From assembly GCF_006345805.1 (NCBI RefSeq), contig NC_043017.1, positions 1,860,001 to 1,924,000 on the forward strand: 64,000 nucleotides of DNA. Reading direction: 5' to 3'. This DNA comes from Octopus sinensis (lineage: Eukaryota). Both the position numbers and the translations under genes were made by a program. The notes beneath the pieces are model-generated. The model was given only the letters and a program-made list of their open reading frames with translations. It was not told the DNA's origin and did not search any database. This document shows positions 1 to 12,499 of this stretch, piece by piece. Each line of letters opens with the position of its first letter. The stretch's first letter is position 1.

Positions 1-408
1 GTATAACTAAATAGTAAAAGAATAGACAGATATATGCAGGAGAATCAGAAAAATACATAAGAATACAACCGACAAAAATTGGCATCTCGAAACAAAGTTG
101 AAACTTTCGCAACAGTAACTAAATGAATTCACATTTTAGACTAAAATCTGACGTAAACTAATATTTAGATTAAATCATTCTGTTATTATTCTATCATTTG
201 ACCAACATGATGAAGCAAATGTATGATTAGATGTATTTCTCGAGGGATCCTTCTCGTTCTAGTGTTTGCTACTGTTTCTAGTAAGTCGCATTGCGACATA
301 AGAATTTCCAACATAGAGAAGCTTCAGTAATATATCTTTGTGTTTATATATATGTGTGTGTTTGTGTGTATATATGTGTGCGTGTATGTGTGTGAGCATG
401 TTTGTGAG

Positions 409-458
<50 letters not shown>

Positions 459-744
459 AGTGTTGACAGAACACAACACGAAGAAAGCATTAGACGAAAG
501 CAGAGCAAACGGGAAACCGGAGGAAAATTGAACGGACTGGAAATATAGACAAAGACACGATATTAAATCAAATTTCACAATATAAATATATAGTATATAT
601 AAATTAGAGAAAAACTTCTATTATGTAATTCAAGCAATGATAGACATAAACCAAATCATAAAGAAAAAATAAAACATATTATAAAACATATAAGTAGATC
701 ACAAAAAGTACAAGAATTAATAAACAATATATTATAAGTAATAA

Positions 745-778
<34 letters not shown>

Positions 779-785
779 TAGATAG

Positions 786-866
786 CTAGATAGATAGATA
801 GATAGATAGATAGAGATAGGTAGATAGATAGATAGGTAGATAGATAGATAGATAGATAGAGATAGG

Positions 867-902
<36 letters not shown>

Positions 903-924
903 GATAGGTAGATAGATAGATAGG

Positions 925-988
<64 letters not shown>
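786..988. repeat. (TAGA)n microsatellite
   Basis: Direct inspection. A recurring GAGATAGGTAGA variant is present. Confidence 0.98.
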
Positions 989-989
<1 letters not shown>

Positions 990-1658
990 GTCGTTCATTT
1001 TCTCGCCGTCACATCTCCCACAGCCAGTCTTAATTTATCTTTACTTCCGCCATCTTCCACGTCCCTCCGAATGTCTTCGTTTACTTTCTCTTAACCTTAC
1101 CGAGTCTTTATTTGTGTGTCTGTCAAACTTGACCAAGTCTCTGTTTCTATGTTCACTCCGTTTCATGCGTCTTTCGTTGTTTCTGTTCCTAATAATTTCC
1201 CAATTGCTCTTTCGTTAATCAATCAGACTAACTCATTTATTATTTCCCAAAACTAAATCAACAGCAACATGTAAGTAAAAGCAACCAGATGACAGAAACC
1301 TACTTCTCTCACCAGGTTTGTATGAACAAAACAAAAAATTAATTAATATTCAAATAACTGCATTCCGGAAATTGCCAAATCCTTTCATATATTTACTCCT
1401 TCAATATACCTACACATGTACAACATGACTGGTCAGCGTTAACTCCAGCACCACTGCCCCCACTCCGACCACGACGATGACCACCACCACCAGCACCACC
1501 ACCAGCACCACCACCAGCAACAACAGCAGCAAAATCAACAAAATCAACAGCTACAATATCACCGTTATCTCTACTATTATTTCCCTCTCTACACTTACTA
1601 TCACAACGATATGAATGCCATAACAAATACAGACCTACCTATTCACCTCCATCTTATT

Positions 1659-1883
1659 GAGCTGGCAGAATCGTTAGCACGACGGGCAAAATGCGGAGCC
1701 GTATTTCGTCTGCCGCTACGTTCTCAGTTCAAATACCGCCGAGATTGACTTTACCTTTCATCCTTTCGGGGTCGATAAATTAATTACCATTTACGCACTG
1801 GGGTCGATATAATCGGCTTAATCCGTTTGTCTGTCCTTGTTCGTCCCCTCTATGTTTAGCCCCTTGTGGGCAATAAAGAAATA
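1659..1883 (+). mobile_element. tRNA-derived SINE, family A (central GCCTTTCATCCTTTCGGGGTCGATAAA domain, MetaSINE-like)
   Basis: A-box-like TGGCAGAATCGTTAG, B-box-like GTTCAAATACC, the conserved central domain and the 3' end CCCCTTGTGGGCAATAAAGAAATA, shared with many copies in the window. Confidence 0.9.
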
Positions 1884-2053
1884 AAAGTCGATTACATCGA
1901 TCCCCAGTGCGTAACTGGTACTTAGTTTATCGACCCCGAAAGGATGAAAGGTAAAGTCGACCCGGTGGAATTTGAACTCAGAACGTAACGGCAGACGAAA
2001 TACCGCTAAGCATTTCGCCCGGCGTGCTAACGTTTCTGCCAGCTCGCCGCCTT
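1884..2053 (-). mobile_element. SINE family A, 3'-truncated inverted copy abutting the previous copy
   Basis: Reverse complement of the head and central domain (AAGGCGGCGAGCTGGCAGAAACGTTAGCACGCCGGGCGAAATGC...). Confidence 0.9.
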
Positions 2054-2059
2054 TGCGGC

Positions 2060-2183
2060 TTCTCTCAGTTTCTGTCTACCAAATTACGTCACAAGGCTTT
2101 GGACGACACTTGCCCAATGTGTCATACAGTGGGACTGAACCCTGAACCATGTGGTTTGGCAGCAAGCGCCTTACCACGCAGCC
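2060..2183 (-). mobile_element. SINE family B (CORE-like), 5' fragment
   Basis: Reverse complement of the family B head (…CCACATGGTTCAGGGTTCAGTCCCACTG…TTGGGCAAGTGTC…). Confidence 0.75.
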
Positions 2184-2279
2184 ATGTCATAGACATGGAT
2201 GATCGCAAATCGTCAGAAATCAGTATTGCCTACGGACACCTCGGCCTATCCTGTTCAAGCCAAAGAAATGATTGTCACT

Positions 2280-3494
2280 TGACCATCACTGCTGCTACTA
2301 ATACCAACGCTATTACTACCACCACTACTGCGATTACTACTGATATTAGCATCCTGCCAACTTTACAACATCCATCACCACTATCACCACTAGCATACTC
2401 CTACCTCTACCACAACTACTACACCTACCTCGAACACCAACAATGCATCAGTAGAACCGCCACCCTCACCATTACTGTCACGAACACTTTCACTCCGACC
2501 TGCACCCCGCCAAACAACAGCACTACTGCTACTAGTATCACTAATAGAACGACCAATATAACCACCAACACAAACTAGTTCTGCTGAAATACTAACACCG
2601 GCACCGATGCAGCTACTATTAGCATCGCCACGAACCGGGTTGACTCGCCATCGGCGCCTCAGTCACCACCACTACCACTATCAGTACCTCCACTGCTACC
2701 ACAATCCCCACCACAACAGCACTAGCATCACCATTGCCAAAACCACCACCACCACCACCACTGCTAGCACCACTACTACCGCCGTCAGCGCCATCACCAC
2801 CACCACCACCACCACCACCACCACCACCACCACGATGACCAACCAATACCACCATCATGACCACCGCCGCCATTACGATCAGTACCACCATCAATACAAC
2901 CACACCCACCACCACACTATCATCACCACCATTGCCACCACAACCACCGTTGTCGCCGCCGACAGCATCATCACAACCACCACCACCACCACCACCGCTA
3001 GCACCACCGCCACCACCACTACCACCACCACTTCTACCACGGCTCTAAAAGCCAAGGCTGGTCATCACTGGAATGCTTTTCATCATAAATTTTCTCCATT
3101 AGATGGATTAATCAAAAGCAACAACGACAGCAACAACAACAACAACAACAGCTCTTTAGTCACCAACCATCCTAATTCCACCACCACCACCATCCTCACC
3201 ATCCGCACGAAAGCATTATCAACACTACTACAGTATCCATTACTCACCATTTCCTCCTCTGCCACGCCGATACCATTAAAAGTCAAACAGTCCAACACAT
3301 TCAGCACTTTTCCTAAATACCATCGTCATTATGTCGCCGTCGCCGTTAAACATCCACCACCACCACCACCACCACTAACAACAGCAGCAACAACAACACT
3401 GCACACAACCGATGCTAGTATCAACATCATGGCCATTACCATAATCGCTTATACCACCACCACCACCACCAGCACCACCAGCACCAGCACCAGC

Positions 3495-3525
<31 letters not shown>

Positions 3526-4170
3526 CTAACAACAACAGCAACAACAACACTGCACAAAACCGATGCTAGTAACAACATCATGGCCATTACCATAATCGCT
3601 TATACTACCACCACCACCACCACTCACCACCACCACCACCACCATCACAACCACCACCACCACCATAATCACCACCACAACTACCACCACCACAACTACC
3701 ACCACCACAACTACCACCACTCACCACCTCCACCACCACCATCACAACCACCACCACCACCATAACCACCACCACAACTACCACCACCACAACTACCACC
3801 ACCACCACCATCACCACCGTCACCCATCATCATTGCCGCCACAAACTCTTCCTTCACCGCCACAACGATCACCGCGACCATCAGCATCACCGCCACCACC
3901 ACCACCGCCAACATCATCACCGCTGCCACCATTACTACCACCTTTGATACCACCACCACGCTACCAACACCACCGCTGCTCTCACCACCACCACCACCGC
4001 CGCCGCCGCCACCACCCCCTACCATCGACGCCACCACCACTACCAGCAACATCACTACCACAGCCACCACCGCCACCGCCATCGCCGACGCCATCTTCAC
4101 CGCCACCGCCACCACCACTTAACTACTTGTCACTACCGCAGCCATTACCACTCACACGACGCCATCACAC
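2280..4170. repeat. ~1.9-kb cryptic trinucleotide (CAC/ACC/AAC/CAT) low-complexity tract
   Basis: Dominated by ACC/CAC runs. Contains an internal ~150-bp direct duplication (…ACACTGCACA[C/A]AACCGATGCTAGTA…CATGGCCATTACCATAATCGCTTATAC… at ~3400 and ~3550). Confidence 0.95.
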
Positions 4171-4827
4171 GCGTCAAATCTAAATTACTGATGAATACAT
4201 AAATAACTAAGGCCAACAGCATTTGTCTAAAAGCTTCTTCAATGGACAAATTTCGATCCATCAACAGCCAAATCAGACAACCAGACAAACAGCAATCCAG
4301 ACAAGCAGCCTGTGATTTTTGCCATTAATACATCAACACCTCTGCCTGTAAACGCAGATACATGCAAATATATAAACAAAAAAGCAGAACTCATCTACAA
4401 ATGCATACACAAAAGCGAATACTTTGCATACACAAATACAGTTGTCTATAAAAGTTCATATATAAACAAACATATTCCAATGCATATACGCACGTACACA
4501 TCCATCCATCCATCCATCCATCCATCCATCCATCCATCCATACATACATGCATACATACATGCATACATAGGTGCATATATGTGGATTTACGCATGCAAT
4601 CGTGTATAATCGAAGGTTATAAACTTCTTACGGAACGATATGTTCGCGTGTGTGTGTATATGTGTGTGTGTGTTTGCATACATACACATATGGAAGTATG
4701 CCCGGATGCCGTATGTATATATATATATGTGAATATGTGTATGCGTGTGCGTGTGTGTATGTAACCGAGCGTTAGTACGTATATGGATGCGTATGTGGAC
4801 GACCATGTATGCATGAATATATACACG

Positions 4828-4864
<37 letters not shown>

Positions 4865-4866
4865 TA

Positions 4867-4905
<39 letters not shown>

Positions 4906-5046
4906 TCATAAATGAGGGTGAAAAATTAGATATCAATTTAATAATACCATCAGTTTAACACCAAGTGGTCTAGCACATAAAAAACCAGGGAGACAATACA
5001 AATTTATACGTAAATTTAAGAGAGTTACCGGTAACTCTCTTATATT

Positions 5047-5095
<49 letters not shown>

Positions 5096-5940
5096 GTATA
5101 TGCATATATATATATACTATATAAGTCTATCTTCTGTAAAATAATTATGTATATGTAACAAATGATACAAATAAAACACTGGCTCCGATAATTGTTTGTC
5201 CATCCTTTCCCAACGTCTAATCAGCTGGAGCTATGTATTTCTCGCAGTCGGTTCTTGTTCTTCATTACTTTATATATAAGAATCTGACCGCTCCAGGAGC
5301 AAAGTCGGTGATTGTTTTTGTTCTACATGCCGTCAACATATAAGTATATGTATGTATATCTGTGTGAATGAAGTATACATACACAGGGAGAAAGAAACAA
5401 ACAAAATTTACTACTTACTGTATTTATTCTACGTTTCGGATTTCAGTCGCTCCTCAGTATTTCAAAAGAAGAAAGGATACATTAAATATTATAACCTTGC
5501 ATCCAGTTGTCAGAGAAACAGATGGAATGAAAACAACTGGACGGTTTTTGACCGATAATTGTGCACACTCATAGTTCAATGCACAAAAACAACAACCATA
5601 ATAGCATTAAAAGTAACAATTAAAAAATCAACAATAGCAACAAAACCATGAACAACAAGACCAATACCAACAAGGTCAAGAACAAGAATGACAACAACAG
5701 CAATATGAAGAACAGCACGAAAAACCACACGAAAAAGAACGAAAGTATGCTGTAATGTATTATCTTCGAACATGTTCTACTAATACGCATTGTTGTATTG
5801 TTTGTATTTATTGGATCTGACGATTGCGGTGGCACTCGCTGCCATAATCTTTTATGTCACTGATAACAGAAACGTTCGTCTCAAATCCAATTTCTTGAGA
5901 AATTTGCGAATGAGCATATGCAATAATGTGACTGAACCAG

Positions 5941-6035
5941 ATACATACATACATACATACATACATACATACATACATACATACATACATACATACATAC
6001 ATACATACATACATACATACATACATACATACGTA
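5941..6035. repeat. (ACAT)n microsatellite
   Basis: Direct inspection. Confidence 0.98.
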
Positions 6036-6236
6036 CATACAGAGAGAGACGTAGACAAACAGACAGACAGAGAGAAATACTTCCTATTAGTCGATTCACA
6101 TATTTCAAATTGATACTCGTGGACCACTTTGGACCTGCCTTATGAAAGCTATGTTCTCACAACTGGTTTGTAACTGACAGTAAAGGTTTTCGATAAATTT
6201 ACGCACAGAAAAGAACGTGAATGCGCACACTGACAC

Positions 6237-6279
<43 letters not shown>

Positions 6280-8165
6280 GCAAACACGCCCAAATGCTCA
6301 TACTCACAAACACAGACACAAATATGTACATAATTTTTTTTATAGTCTAATATTAGCCTATCACTTCGAGTTTCATACCACTGCGATCGTCAGGCGATGT
6401 GTGTTTGTGTGTGAGTGCGTTTGTTTGTAATGCCAGAAGGCAGACTATATAAACTGATTTATATATGCAGTTCACAAGACAACAAGTCGAATATGCAAAT
6501 ACAAGTCAACAGCACAACAGACACACAACACCTTTTTGTTTTGCATTTCTTTTGTTTTTGTTATGACTGTTGGTTGAGTTATGATATTAGTGGCGGCGGC
6601 GATGGCGGTGCTCGTTTTCTGATTGGTGTTGGTGTAATTGTTAATGGTGTTAGTTGATCGCTAATATCATATGACTAAATGGCTGAGTGAATACGGCGAT
6701 GAAAAATAATTTGACATGAGATAAACACAATTTTATATTAACTGAAAATCTATTTAACGAAACTTCCATTACAAACGAAATACAAATATAAAATATACTG
6801 GAATATAATAGTAAAACCGAATGATATACATAAAAATAACATCAAACGGAAGAAATTTAATGAATAAAAAATGAAAAGGCAAAATTGTAGAATGAAAAGA
6901 GAAAACAGAAAATGGTAGAAAAAACGTCAAAGAGAGAATGGAAGAAAATGTTAATAAAGAAATAAATAAAAATGTCTAAACAATTGGAACCAAAATCTAT
7001 GGAAGTAATTCTATATTTCTTGAAGAAGAAAACAAATGAACAAACCCGAGTTCTATAAAGGTCCTATTCATTAACTACATTTATTATTGCCGGACAAAAG
7101 CATGGCGGTTAGTTCGATTTAATTATATCTGCCATGAAAAGTAGTCATAAATAAACACAAAATAAACAGCAAAAATTCATTTAGATGTATACAAGTAAAT
7201 AATTGACATACACGCATGCGCGTACTTACGCATGCGCTATTTGATTATCGTGAATCATTTCGTTTCGTGTCACATTATTGTTTTGTTTTTCTTTGTTGTG
7301 TGTGTGTGTGTTTTTATCATTCCTTTACTTGAGATTTTTTTCCGCTTCATTTTTCTTTTTCGTTTAATTATTTTCATTTTGTTGTTCTTTGAGTCTTATT
7401 TAGCGTCTGTTATTGTTGAAATGAAAAAAATATATTCGTTTGAATATTGAGCTGGTATTTCTTGAAATGTTTTCATCTATCTTTATCTGCAGCTTGCAGG
7501 GTGCCAATAATGTATTGCAAAGCACCACAAGAAATATTTTGTTTTATTGGTTTGTTTTATGAATTCATTGTTCGTCTGTGTGCGTGCGATTTACGATTGT
7601 GTACGTTTGTCTCAATATGTGTCTGTGCCGTATCCTGATTACTTTCGTTTTATTTTATTCTTATTTTTACTGTTGTTTTTTTTTTCCTTTAACAAATCAA
7701 CCGATTCTTATACAATGGACAGATTTTTAATTCATTTTGACTCTCATGTGATTTAGGTTCCGATAAAAATGGACGCTGGAATTAATTTTTCCAACAATTG
7801 CAGAAACTATGGGGAGAAAACAAAAAAAGAAACTTATAAAAATTTTTTTTAAAATATTCAATAAAACAAAATAATTTTAAAAAATATTCGAAACAAAACA
7901 TAAATGACTTATTATCTTTCCAGACTATTTTCATGTTTTCAAAAGATAATTAAACTTATAATGCAAATTGTTATAAATTTCTTCAACTGATTCATGTTTA
8001 TTCAAAATAAAGGATGGGAAAATAATAATACTTCCTTAATCAAAATATTCTCTATTATCACATGAGTTATGACATCATCTACAGACTTCAGAGCAAATAA
8101 AAGGGAAGGGAAAAGCATTGATCGACTGACAACACAACACAAAAGACTAAATTATGTATGTATTG

Positions 8166-8227
<62 letters not shown>

Positions 8228-8228
8228 A

Positions 8229-8283
<55 letters not shown>

Positions 8284-8504
8284 ATATATTATATAATATA
8301 TATATATATATATATATAGTCACACACACTCATACACACGCATATATATATGCTTGTCTAGCTGTCTCAGTACCTCTCCCTCTGCACATATACGTGCTGT
8401 GCATATACGTACATGTATATACGTGTATGTATATGTATATATGCGCACATTCATACACGCATACGCATAAATGTTTATGTTTGTATGTGTGTGTGTGTGT
8501 GTGT

Positions 8505-8544
<40 letters not shown>

Positions 8545-9486
8545 CTACTTGTATGCGCACGCTTACGAATGTAAGTATAAAAAATATATATATATTGAAA
8601 ATAAACTCCTTAATAATTTATTTCGATTAAAAATCCCCTGGAACATTTTGGTGGGAAATCATGAAAATAAGATGTTAGCCGATTAGCTATGTTTATGACG
8701 TGACGCAATGTATGTCGTCGGTCCATGACAACATTGCACCTCCGTCCGTATGTATTCCATTATTCCACACAAGGAAAATTCCCTCGGATAATCCAATTGT
8801 TCTCTCAAGAGAGAAGACATAGTATGCCACGCAAGTTAACGAACAGTTGAATTTTACGATGCATTATATCGATCAAATACCATGTAATCAATTAAAAGAA
8901 TTGCTGCTAATTACATAAGGGTCCTTCAAATTTCGGTAAGTCATCACCCTCTGCTCACAGAACCCAATTTACAAACAGTCGGTCCGAGTCAGTGAGAATG
9001 AGAAATGACAGCCACAAAGATTAGATTATGGAAGAAGATACTAAGTGTATACCATTCTGTTATTAGAGGAGTTTTGCTCTCCTCCCTAACAATAGTATGG
9101 ATCATATAGTCCACGGCCTGGTATAGAAAAAAAATACTGAAGATTTCCTCGCCCAGAAGTATGTTTAGAAGAAATCCTATTCAAAGGATTGGAACTAGTT
9201 ATAGACATTGAATTGAAAAATAAAGTAAAGAAATCTATCATAAAATAAAGAAGATTGTATATCTATATACATATATTATAAATATAATATAACAAATTAA
9301 TATATAATATAATATTATATAATATGATATAATCATAATATTTTCATCATATAATATAATATAATAATTTTATTCTTTTAATTTATTTCAGGTTATTTGT
9401 CTGATTTCCTTTCTGTCTGTCTATTTTGCTTGTGTTTGGAATGTGTTAATGGAAAATATCCTGTTTTTCCAATCATTTGGAATAAA

Positions 9487-9693
9487 GCTGGCTCCCGTGC
9501 CGGTGGTACATAAAAAGCACCCATTACACTCTCGGAGTGGTTGGCGTTAGGAAGGGCATCAAGCTGTAGAAACATCGCTGATCAGATTGGAGCCTGGTGC
9601 AGCTTCCTAGATTGCCAATACCCAGTCAAACCGTCTAACCCAAGCCAGCATGGAAAACGGACGTTAAACGACGACGATGATGATGATGGTGAT
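9487..9693 (+). mobile_element. SINE family C, 3' part with (GAC/GAT)n tail
   Basis: GTTGGCGTTAGGAAGGGCATC...AACCCAAGCCAGCATGGAAAACGGACGTTAAACGACGACGATGATGATG: a LINE-type 3' tail ending in a trinucleotide repeat. I recall this motif as an octopus SINE. Confidence 0.7.
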
Positions 9694-9800
9694 GTAAGGA
9701 AATATAATTCAATGTACAATAAGTTACTTTGTTTCTTCAATCTATTTCTCATATTAAGAGGCGAAACTCGTTGCAGATGGTAGAATTTTTATTAAAAAAA

Positions 9801-10126
9801 AGGGTAAAGACCCCCTTCGGTCATGAATGACCATGGAGTTGCATCTAGAAAGTTTCGCTACCAGGCACAAGTCCAGGCAAGGTTGTTTATGGAAGACCAG
9901 CAGTTTACCCATGCATACCAGCCTCTCCTCTCCATGCCACCGATGTTATCCAAGGGAAAGGCAAAGGCTGCTGCAGCTTGGCACCAGTGACGTCACAACT
10001 CACTTTATACAGCTGAGTGAACTAGAGCAACGGGAAATAAAGTGTCTTGCTCAAGAACACAAAACGTTGCCCGGTCCGGGAATTGAACTCACTATCTCAT
10101 GATTGTGAGAAACTGAGCCATGCGCC
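9801..10126 (-). mobile_element. tRNA-derived SINE, family D (near full length)
   Basis: The reverse strand begins GGCGCATGGCTCAG...GAGTTCAATTCCCGGACCGGG (B box) followed by TGTTCTTGAGCAAGACACTT. Collinear with the copy at 43151-43456. Confidence 0.8.
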
Positions 10127-10164
10127 TTAATTTCAGAATTTTTATACAATAAACATATTTATCT

Positions 10165-10235
10165 GCTCGACTAAAGGCGGTGCTCCAGCATGGCCGCAGT
10201 CAAATGACTGAAACCAAAAAAAAAGAGTAAGAGTA
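10165..10235 (+). mobile_element. SINE family B, 3' tail fragment
   Basis: GCTCGACTAAAGGCGGTGCTCCAGCATGGCCGCAGTCAAATGACTGAAAC...AAGAGTA. Confidence 0.8.
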
Positions 10236-11065
10236 TGCAAGAAAAAGCCTTGGGGCTGCAAGACAAGACAAAAGTGGGTAACGCGAAGGAGGACGTGTTT
10301 AGGCAGTCATAATCATTAGCGCAGTTACCGTTCATGCATCTCATGGCTTTTCTGGCGTCGTGCCTATGAAAGCAATTATTACTCTCAATTCAAATCCCGC
10401 CCGACAATGTTAACTTTCACCCCTTATGGGTCGATAAATACAGTACTAGCCTCGTACAGAGACAAATATTACCAGCTGTGCATCTTTCATTTTCTCAGAG
10501 GAAAAACACAAGTACCCATCACCGTTTTCAAAGCATCTGAGATCGGTGGAAGGAAAGGAGAAAGCTATCCCTTGACTGGACACATCGTTTAAAGATAGTG
10601 ATAGAGTACCAAACTCACGGCACCCAATGACCATGAGTTGGCGTTGGTGTTAAACTGAGTGACGTATTAAATCTTGATAACAGACAAATATATTCTAATG
10701 TAATTCAATGCATTAATAATTCGGTGGGCGAGAAGATAAAAAAACTATTTCAAAAGTGAAAATAGGTTTGGTTCACATTAATACAAAACGATTATGCGTT
10801 TTTGCTAACTGGTTAGAACTTGACAACACTATCTTAAATATCATAATGTCAATTCTATATTAAATCATTTAGCACATTTTGCCTTCGTTCGATAATTTCA
10901 GAAGCTATTAAACAAAAACAAATATATATACATATGTATGTATGCATGTATGTATGCATGTATGTATGTATGTATTATATACATATACACACACACACAC
11001 ACTCATATATATGCATTTAAATCATATATGCATGGTGCATATATACATATATATGCGTATATATG

Positions 11066-11113
<48 letters not shown>

Positions 11114-11198
11114 CATACACATACATATAAGCACACATATATATACATATATATATATTTAATACATACACATATGCACATACATATATACATGTATA

Positions 11199-11235
<37 letters not shown>

Positions 11236-11268
11236 ATATATAATATATACCCACACCCACAGACACGA

Positions 11269-11304
<36 letters not shown>

Positions 11305-11328
11305 ATATAAATATATATATATTACACT

Positions 11329-11373
<45 letters not shown>

Positions 11374-12101
11374 ATAAATGCAATGCATACAAAAATCCGA
11401 TCATCATACATGATAAATAAGTGAGAAAATATATTCATTAAGTCTCAAGTGAAATATCCTTTAATGCCTCTCTCTTATATAGAGTTGGACGCTTGGAACG
11501 TTTCTCTCTTTCGCTCTCTTCCTCCAACTCAATATCAGTCTCACCCCCTCTCATTTCCTTGTTCTTTCTCTTCATACATCCCTCTCCCTCACACTCTTTC
11601 ACAGATTCATGCATTAATTCATTCCGTCTCCGTTTCGCCTCCCCCACCACCGCCTTTACTCTCTCCGCTTCCATCTTTCTTTCTTTCTTTCTCTCTCTTT
11701 CGTTGTAAATCATAAAACTGTTCATTAAAAACTGTACAGATGGCGTACGTAATGAATCTTTTTTAGATTAGGGACGATAAAGCCAGCTCCGAATAAAGAA
11801 CGACCTATCAAAAGGATAAAAAGTCATCAAAGTCATCATCTTTACTATTTTCGAAAATGCAATGATACGGAATTATCAAATAACCGAATGCTCAAAATAA
11901 ATAAAAGAATAAATAAATAAACAGATAAATAAATAAGCTAAAAGAAAAGATAAATATATGCGTAAATATGGCGGCGGCGGCGGTGGAGTTGGCGGTGGTG
12001 GAAGCGTTAAATGAAAGCCATAGTCTACGCAACATTATAATTGTCTACATGTGTGTTTGGGAGTGTGTGTGTGTGTGTGCGTGCGTGCGTGAGTGTGTTT
12101 G

Positions 12102-12159
<58 letters not shown>

Positions 12160-12499
12160 TATATATGTATGCGCATGCCTGTGCATTCATTCATTCATAA
12201 ATGTACGACGGTCACTCTCTCAGAGCATTGGGTTTGTGTGACACTGAAGAGACCGAGATGAAACGTACGAAGATACGTAAATACGCATGCGTAGGAAATG
12301 TGTAAAACAATAGGTTTTTGTGTGCACGCGCGCGCGTGTGTGTGTGTGTGTGTGTGTGCGATGTTACACGCGCAAATACATAACAGACACATATGTACGA
12401 GACAGGGACACCAAACGGAGAGTCATAGGCACCGAGTAGTCTTGAGGAATATTATATTAAATGGTCTTGTTTGGAATTGGAATATCATATGACACGGTG

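Noticed and set aside
2607-3569. 320-aa Thr/His-rich ORF and overlapping poly-Gly/Val/Pro ORFs
   Set aside because: Explained by CAC/ACC repeats, which lack stop codons in several frames on both strands. No recognisable domain, so not called a CDS.
9040-9110. GAGGAG/CTCCTC hairpin resembling a pre-miRNA
   Set aside because: Pairing beyond the 6-bp core is interrupted and too weak for a Drosha-type stem.
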